DNA from: the human T2T-CHM13v2.0 reference genome, Homo sapiens
Assembly: GCF_009914755.1 (NCBI RefSeq)
Contig: NC_060937.1
Reading direction: 5' to 3' (one strand)
DNA length: 64,000 nucleotides
This document shows, piece after piece, positions 55,592 to 64,000 of this stretch. The stretch's first letter is position 1; each line of letters begins with the position of its first letter. Below the pieces are notes generated by a model that ran no database searches, was not told the DNA's origin, and saw only the letters and a program-made list of their open reading frames with translations. The position numbers and the translations under genes were made by a program.

Positions 55592-57827
55592 TAAATATAA
55601 AGAAGACATATTTACAATTAGCTATATAGTAATTTTGAAATGTAAAATATCAAGACTATGAGAAAAAAGAAACAATAATTCTGAGAACAAGTAGTGATAT
55701 CCAGATATGATCACATTACAGATAATATTACAAGACACAAAAAGTAGAATGCAAAACATATCCAGCCTTAATTTACCATCTGCAGCAAGTGTCCTATGGC
55801 TCTGTGAGAGTCTTACCTCCATCAATAAGCTTATTATGTATAGGGCTATTTTTAGATGTGGCTTGGAGAATGGTGGAGTCCCATGTAAAGCATAAGCTAA
55901 TCAGGGAAGATTGTTAAGGCACAGAATGACCCTCCTGGGAGCAGCAGAGAGTCAAATAGAAGTATCAGTTTAACAACTCTGAATGAACACTGGAAATTCA
56001 TTTTTCTCTGACCAATTATTGATCATTAAAAAGTTTACATAAGGTGATGAATCTTCCACAAACTTACTCTCCTTGTTACATAATCAAAAGGAATTGCTGT
56101 AGTTCAAAGGGGTTAATTACATATGATCCTATAATTCAAACACTACCAGAAGTGTCTGAACTTCTAGAACCTTAAATTGATTGCAATTGTCTAATCAAAT
56201 GTTTTCTAGAATTATAGCTTCTTTAAAATGAAGTATGATTTACCTTTCTTCTTGTACTGTGAAGTAGCTGAAATCAATTTATCATCTTTTTTTCTCTCTA
56301 GAGCATTTTCTTTTCTTTGAAGGCATATTTACCACTTATACGTCATCAGATTTATAAGAATGATGAAACAGATGATATAAAGTCACAGTATATTAAATAA
56401 TTATTCAGTTTAATAAACTGATGTGATTAATTTTTTTCAATAAACTGTCAAACTGTAAATACAAAATGTATCTTTATGATTTTGCTATTAAACTATGCAT
56501 TATTTACACCAAAATGATTTTTTATGCCTTTCTGAAAATTCTGATACCTTGGAGAATCATTTACTTCATGAAAAGTTTTTATCTTAAGTTACATTAGGAT
56601 ATGAACATTACATTGCTATTGCATAAAAAATTAAAAAAATTTTCTCTGATTATGAATATAATTCTTATTTTAGTGCTTTTTTAAAGGTTTGACTTATGTG
56701 TCTATTCATGCAGGGGTAACCCAGGATTTTTCTTTAATTCTCAAGCTTTTGTTGTAAGACCGAAGAGACTGCACTAAAATGCTTCGCAAATTTTACAAAG
56801 ATGTACCATAATGGTCACCTATGAATGTGGCCTTCAGGGAATGCAAATTTCACCACCAATGGTGGTATAAAAAGCTTCCATGAATTATGTTTCAAAGCTC
56901 AAAATATGGTTCACTTTTCTCTAGGTCAGTTAGCACATTGCTCACAATAGTTTCCCCATCTCTCCCAGGAGAATGTCCTGGCTTGTGTTGATTTATTGCA
57001 TTTTTAACTATATTAGAAGTAATGCTTTCTTATGGATGACAAGCAACAAATCTCTTCAATTTTTTTTATTAATGTCATTCTTTCCTTGTGTAGCTGTCAT
57101 TACCAATCCTCTCACCAATGTTCCCTATTATAATTCCAAGAGTTAGTCTTCTGTCATCTGATGAAATATATGTTAGTTTCAATACACTGAGTTCTTTTTT
57201 TCAACTATGAAATAGTCGATGTTAATTTTTTTGAAGTTGCTTGTATGGTATTTTTAAAATATGTTCATGTTTCCAGTCTTGAGTGGCCCCTCACTAGAAA
57301 GAATGTATATGGCATTAACATGGTACCTCTGTGCATACATGTAATTAATAATGTTTTTGAAGCTCTTTCCCCTTCAAATAGCACTCAGAGTGATCAATCT
57401 GACATGTAGAAAATACTCAGGCAAGTATTAATAGCAAAAATGAAAGAAATTAGAAAAAATATTTGGTATCTATGCATCTCCACATTCATTATCTTGCCTA
57501 ATCTTCATATAACCATACAAAATATACAAAGTAAGTATTATCTGCTATTATAAATAAGGAAAAAGGATGCTTAGTAAATTTTCATAAGTCTTATCTTCAC
57601 TTCGAAAACTATACTCTTCTCACTCTAGGACATCCTAATTGTAAACACTGTCCCTCGAAATAAAAATCATATGTGAGGTCTGTCTCTTTTTTGAAGTATT
57701 ATAATAGCATTTAATTAGATACTCCATTAAAGGGGAGGATGGTTTTAAGGCTGCTGATAGTTTAGCAATAGTGTAGAAAAGTAAAGGTCAGAGTCACCTG
57801 CTTTAACATTTTTTTTTAATTAAAATT

Positions 57828-58195
57828 TGCCATGGGCTAAATGTTTATGTTGCTCCCCCCGCAACTTCATATGTTGAAATCCTAGTCCTCAAGGTGATGG
57901 TATTAGGAGGTGGGCCTTTGGGAGGTGCTTAAGTCCTGGGTGCAGAACCCTCATGAATGGGATTAGTGTCTTTATAAAAGAGGTCCAAGAGACCCTTCAT
58001 CCTTTCTACCATGTGAGAACACAGTGAGAAGGTACTATCTTTGGATGAGAAAATGAGCCGTCATCAAGCACCATATCTATAGGCACCTTGATTTTGCACA
58101 GCCCAGCCTCCAGAGCTGTGAGAAATAAATTTTTGTTGTTTATAAGTGACCTAGTTTATGGTATTTTGTTATGGTGGCCCAAATGGACTAAGACA
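57828..58195 (+). mobile_element. MLT1A0-type LTR
   Basis: TTCATATGTTGAAATCCTAG...GGACTAAGACA. Confidence 0.87.
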
Positions 58196-58429
58196 AAAAA
58201 AAAACTATATATTTAAGGCATCCAGCATCATGGTTTTGCTTTATTTTTTGGAATCTTGGCTTTTATGAGGACCTATTTATCTGCTAATGCTTCTGAAAAC
58301 TAAGAATGATGCCTTCAACCATTATTATTTAACAATACTGTAATTGACTAGTATCAGCAGAAATGCATGTGACAAAGGTAAAAGAATATGTATTAGCAGA
58401 ACCTAGAGAAAGTGTGAATACAGAGATTA

Positions 58430-59050
58430 AGAAGTAGTAGTCAAGGATGACTCCTATGTTTCTGGCTTCCATGAATGAGAAAATTTTTATGCCATTCACT
58501 TAGAAAGAGAATACAGTTGAGAATCAATTTTGTGTGAAAATCACTAGCACATTTTTAGAACATGTAGAGCTCAAAATTCTTCTAAGACATGTGAGATTTC
58601 CAGAAACCAGTTGGAGTTAAGAGTTGAGATCAGGGAAGAATTTAGGGCTAAATATATAAGTGGTAATTGAAACCATAAATGTGATTGAAATAACTTCATG
58701 AGTGTAAATAGTAAAAAGAAGAGAGAGCTGATGGAGCAGATTTGGAGAATGTGAATATTTAAGGAATGGGCAGAAAAACATGAGCCCACAAAGGAAACTG
58801 AGGAGGAAAGTATAGAGAGATAGGATGGAAGTTTCCAAAGATGGCAATTTCCAAAGATGATAGACTTGGAGCGTATGAATATTTAAGGAATGGGCAGAAA
58901 AATATGAGCCCACAGAGGAAACTAAGGGGGAAAGTATAGAGAGATAGGATGGAATCTAGGAGAAAGTAAAGTCATAGAAGTCATGCAGGTATTTCTTCCT
59001 TAAGGAAAGAATGGCCAACAATGACAAGTTAAATAAGGGTCTATTTTATA
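58430..59050 (-). mobile_element. L2 fragment containing a local duplication
   Basis: GTCAAGGATGACTCCTATGTTTCTGGCTT, typical of antisense L2. Confidence 0.7.
58738..58954. repeat. 93-bp direct duplication with a 31-bp spacer
   Basis: 58738-58830 vs 58862-58954, 8 mismatches by hand count. Confidence 0.93.
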
Positions 59051-59858
59051 GGGCATTGTTAACTTAGAGAGAAAACAAGAAATGTATTTGTAGTAAAGTG
59101 GTAAGTAAATATTTATTTTTCTTTAAAGAATCTTGATTTTTCTCAAGAAGTCCAGAATTTGGATATAACTAAAAGGGGATGTGATATGATGTCAAGAGGA
59201 TATTTTGAAGATGGCAGTGACATTGCATTGCAGAATTTTTTTCTATAGTTCTTATTTTTGAAAGAGTAAAGAAGCCTAACCATTTAATCAATCCAAAGTT
59301 ATGATTTTACAGGGGGTTTTTACAGAAGAGCAAGGGGCAAAAGAGGCAGAGTAATAATAATTTAGAGTAATCAAAATGACAAACCTCAGAATATAGGTCA
59401 GGAAGAAAGTGAATCCAGAAAGAAATAGGTAGATTAAAAGGAAATGAAGTAGCTCAGGGCCTGAAATTTTCCTAAGGTCAAAGGGTAGGTCTGTGAGTGT
59501 TACAGGGTTGGAACGATAGGTTGTTGCAGTTAAAGATAGCATAATAAATTAGAATTTAATATTTTTCTATGTAGTGTAGTATTAGGTTTTACTATATTTC
59601 AAGATGTGGCTTTATGTGTCAGATATGTGAATTAATGTAGAGGTAAAGATCATCAGAATTAAAGTCAAAGAATTGTCTTGGACTGAACCATCCACAAAGA
59701 CTTTGAAAATTATTAAGATTAAAGTAGAAAGGAATACTTTCACCCAAACATGAAAGTAAATGTGGGAGCATGACCAGGAGGTAAGTAGATGGCAGCCACA
59801 AGAAGGGGTATACAGTAATTGCACAAGCTTTTAAAGTTCTCAGGATTTATAAAGGCAA

Positions 59859-60361
59859 GTGGTAGTTTCCAAAGATAGTTTCCCAAAGAACCACACCCCA
59901 ATATAAATATATCCTTCTATAGTTCTCTCCTTTTGAATTTGACAAAGATGAGGTAAAGCTAACACTGCCTAACTTCATGACTTCTTATGAATATAGGTCA
60001 GAAGAACCCTTGTCACTTAAAATGCTTGCTCTGGAGGAAGCCAGACACCATCTAAGAAGACCAACTGCTTAGTAACCATAGGCTGTGAGGAAGCTGGCCA
60101 GAGAAGAGGAATGGAGGGAGGCATGGAGAAAGAAAAGTTCCCAAATGAGCCATCTCAGGTGAGGCATCAGACACATGTATGAGGAAGAAGCCATCTTTGA
60201 CAACCAGCCCAGTCAAACCTTCAAATGACTTCCGCATTGACCACTATCCAACTATAACTACATGAGATATTATTTCAAAACCTTACGAATTAATAATCTT
60301 TTTTTTGAAGTCATTTATTTTCAAGGTGACTTGTTACATGACAATATGTAATAATGGAAAT
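59859..60361 (+). mobile_element. MLT1H-like LTR
   Basis: GTGGTAGTTTCCAAAGAT...CCAGCCCAGTCAAACCTTCAAATGAC. Confidence 0.7.
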
Positions 60362-61300
60362 AGCAGAGAATTAAGGAAGCACATGGACAGAAACGTGACA
60401 CCTCTTCCTACGTATACAAAAGTAAAGAGCAAGGTAAAGCTGAAAGTTGATGGCTTTTTAAATTTAAAATGAAATGAATTGATGAGAGTAAGTGGAATGC
60501 AGATGAAATGAAGGATTTCAGAAGAGTGATGTCAGTTTGGAATTGGTAGTATGGAGAATGGGAAGAAGAATTGAAAACAGAAATGGAGGAGAAAGATTTC
60601 TGGATTATGCAGGTTGATTTAAGTTGAAATCTCAGTTTGCACTGGTACCATTTACCCAGTTAAGTCAGTTGCTTTAAATGCTTGGTGTTAAGCTCATTCA
60701 TGAGAAGGACATCAAGGATCTATGAATATGAAACATTAAATGTATAAATTACGTGGACAATGAAATGTCCAAAAATGAAGGCAGGAGGGGTGGAGAGGAA
60801 GACTGGAAGTCAGGAGATCAACTCTGCAATAAAAGAAAAGGTCAATTCATGACAAAATTGGGAAGGAACAGGGTGGTACAGTCACATGGTTTGAGATTCA
60901 AAAGTTTTGCCTAGCAATGAAAGCATATCTTACTCTTCACATCTATTTTTGGAGAAAAAAGTCCCAGGAATAAGTTTATTCTGTTCAAGGGAAATATTTT
61001 TTAATGCTCTTGATATATAATATCAAATTAATTTCCTGATAGTTTTGTCAGTTGTTTCTTTCTGTTTAATGGTAATCATGTGATTTGCCATGTTATCAGA
61101 AAAACAGCCATAGTACAAAAAAATCATATATCTATCATTGGAATTATGCAAGATAGATCTGTATGACTTTCCAAATATTTTCCCCATAAACTTCCCATAG
61201 TCTATGTTTCCACATTTTTAATTACTTTACCTCTAGCATTCTATAGTATTTGAGCTCTACTAACCCAAGCAATCCCACATGATATCTATCTGTCCCTCCC

Positions 61301-61338
61301 TCCATCCATCCATCCATCCATCCATCCATCCATCCATC
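61301..61338. repeat. (TCCA)9 microsatellite
   Basis: Directly visible. Confidence 0.97.
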
Positions 61339-62604
61339 TCTCTTTTGTAGAGTGAACTTGTTAGGAAAAAGTACTTACAACTACAAATTCAAAATAAACC
61401 AACATTTCAATGCTATAGAGGTCTATGATTAAGAGAAGTGACCTATTTGCACATCATGAGACACATTTGACCTTGGAAGGGTACTCGCCTTAATTTGCAG
61501 GCAGCCTTCACTAAAAAATAAAGATAAATTTTAGGACATAACTGATCAAGAAAATACTAACAATTATTATTATAGTTATATTGCTTATAAGTTAATTTCA
61601 TGCCAATCCAGCATCATTTTCCTTTTCTTTGCTTTAATCACTTATGCAGTATTCCTCTTCTGTTCTCTCTTTAGAAAATTAAGATATGGTCTGAATATGC
61701 TTATATCCCTTAATCTGAGTATATAGAATCATAAATTACAGAGCTGGAATGAAGTTAAGAGAGTTGAATTAAACTACTTGATATATAGAGGATGAATTTT
61801 GGACCCATAGAAGTTACATGACTTGGCTTCTGGCCCAGAGATGGTGTAATTTTTTTCCCCATATAACAGAAGAATAAGTTATCCTTCCCCTTATATAGTA
61901 CTTTTTCCAACATTTTAGGCAGTTTATAATATGAAAAAAATGGTTTTATCACCCTCAGTTATAAATGATTATAATTGGCAACTCAATTTTCTCAAAGTAA
62001 ATTTCAAGGGAACATTGTTTGAGTGTATTTCAAGTTTGACCAAATGCTGGTTTTGTTTTTGAAATGGTCATTTCCAAAATTCAACTATTTTAACAAATAT
62101 TCAGACAATGTTACTCTTAGAAAACAATTAAAGACACAATTTCACTTCTTAATCATTTCTTTGGACTTTTAAAGTAGACATTTCTAATTGAAAAACCTTA
62201 AAAGCATAAGCTACAAGTTAGATTAATTTCCTTTCTCATCACAAATGCCATAATCCTTCAGTCATTTATAACTTTTTCCTGGCACAGCTGCCCTAAAGCA
62301 TTTATATGATCTTTTCCCAACTCCTGGCCAAGTTTCTGTGGAGCTGCTTTCCAGGAATTACTGGAATTAAAACCGTATTTTTTTTTTTTTTTTTTTGCTG
62401 GTTTCTTTTTTTTCTTCAGTAAATTCTCTCTTTTTTTTCTCTCACACTCTATTGGATGTGCTGGCTAAAATCTCAGTGATATTTTTAAAAGAAAAAACCT
62501 TTTATTTCCCATGTTTTGGGCAATCATAAAGCTTCAAGAATAAAAGCTATATGAAAGTAATATATTTCAAAACTTTTTATAAGGATTTTTAACTCTCTGT
62601 CTAT

Positions 62605-63705
<1,101 letters not shown>

Positions 63706-63961
63706 TACTCTGCTTGGGGTAATAATGGAAACAGTGGCTTTGATTTCTATGCAAATATCTTGGGGTTTCAAGGTCTATGATCTCTACACACAAATGGCTC
63801 AACTAAGTAAAAGTCATAGAACTCATCTAATGGGAAATATCAGAAGTGCCCAGGTCTCCCTTTAACCAAAATCATAAAAGTGAAGGAAAACAACACGATA
63901 TTATAGATGAAAAAAAAATGATGCCTTAAAAGGTCAAAGTGAAAGTATTCTTAAGAAATTA

Positions 63962-64000
63962 CAGGTGTACCTTGGATATTTGCAGGTTTGGTTCCAGATC
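63962..64000 (-). mobile_element. Tigger1 terminus, continues beyond the window
   Basis: TA followed by CAGGTGTACCTTGGATATTTGCAGGTTTGGTTCCAGA, matching the reverse complement of the Tigger1 3' end. Confidence 0.75.

Overview
Primate (probably human) AT-rich, repeat-dense, non-genic DNA. I see no intact protein-coding gene, RNA gene or CRISPR array. Repeat content: the 3' half of a HERV-L provirus whose MLT2A2 LTR is split by an inverted dUTPase duplicate and a 3.4-kb AT array; an L1MA carrying a full THE1 element; a Tigger1 interrupted by a RIOK3 processed pseudogene; two 5'-inverted L1PA insertions; and many Alu, MIR, L2 and MaLR/ERV LTR copies. The main surprise is at 17467-19221 (minus strand), which the ORF track does not reveal. 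Hand translation gives a decayed, near full-length bornavirus-like glycoprotein gene followed by a matrix-like gene. This is an endogenous RNA-virus fossil with the G->M order of Carbovirus/Cultervirus rather than the M->G order of Orthobornavirus. A second theme is a set of locally templated or fold-back insertion scars, two of them inside MLT2 LTR microsatellites. Repeat subfamilies and protein comparisons rest on remembered reference sequences, not on searches, and need confirmation.
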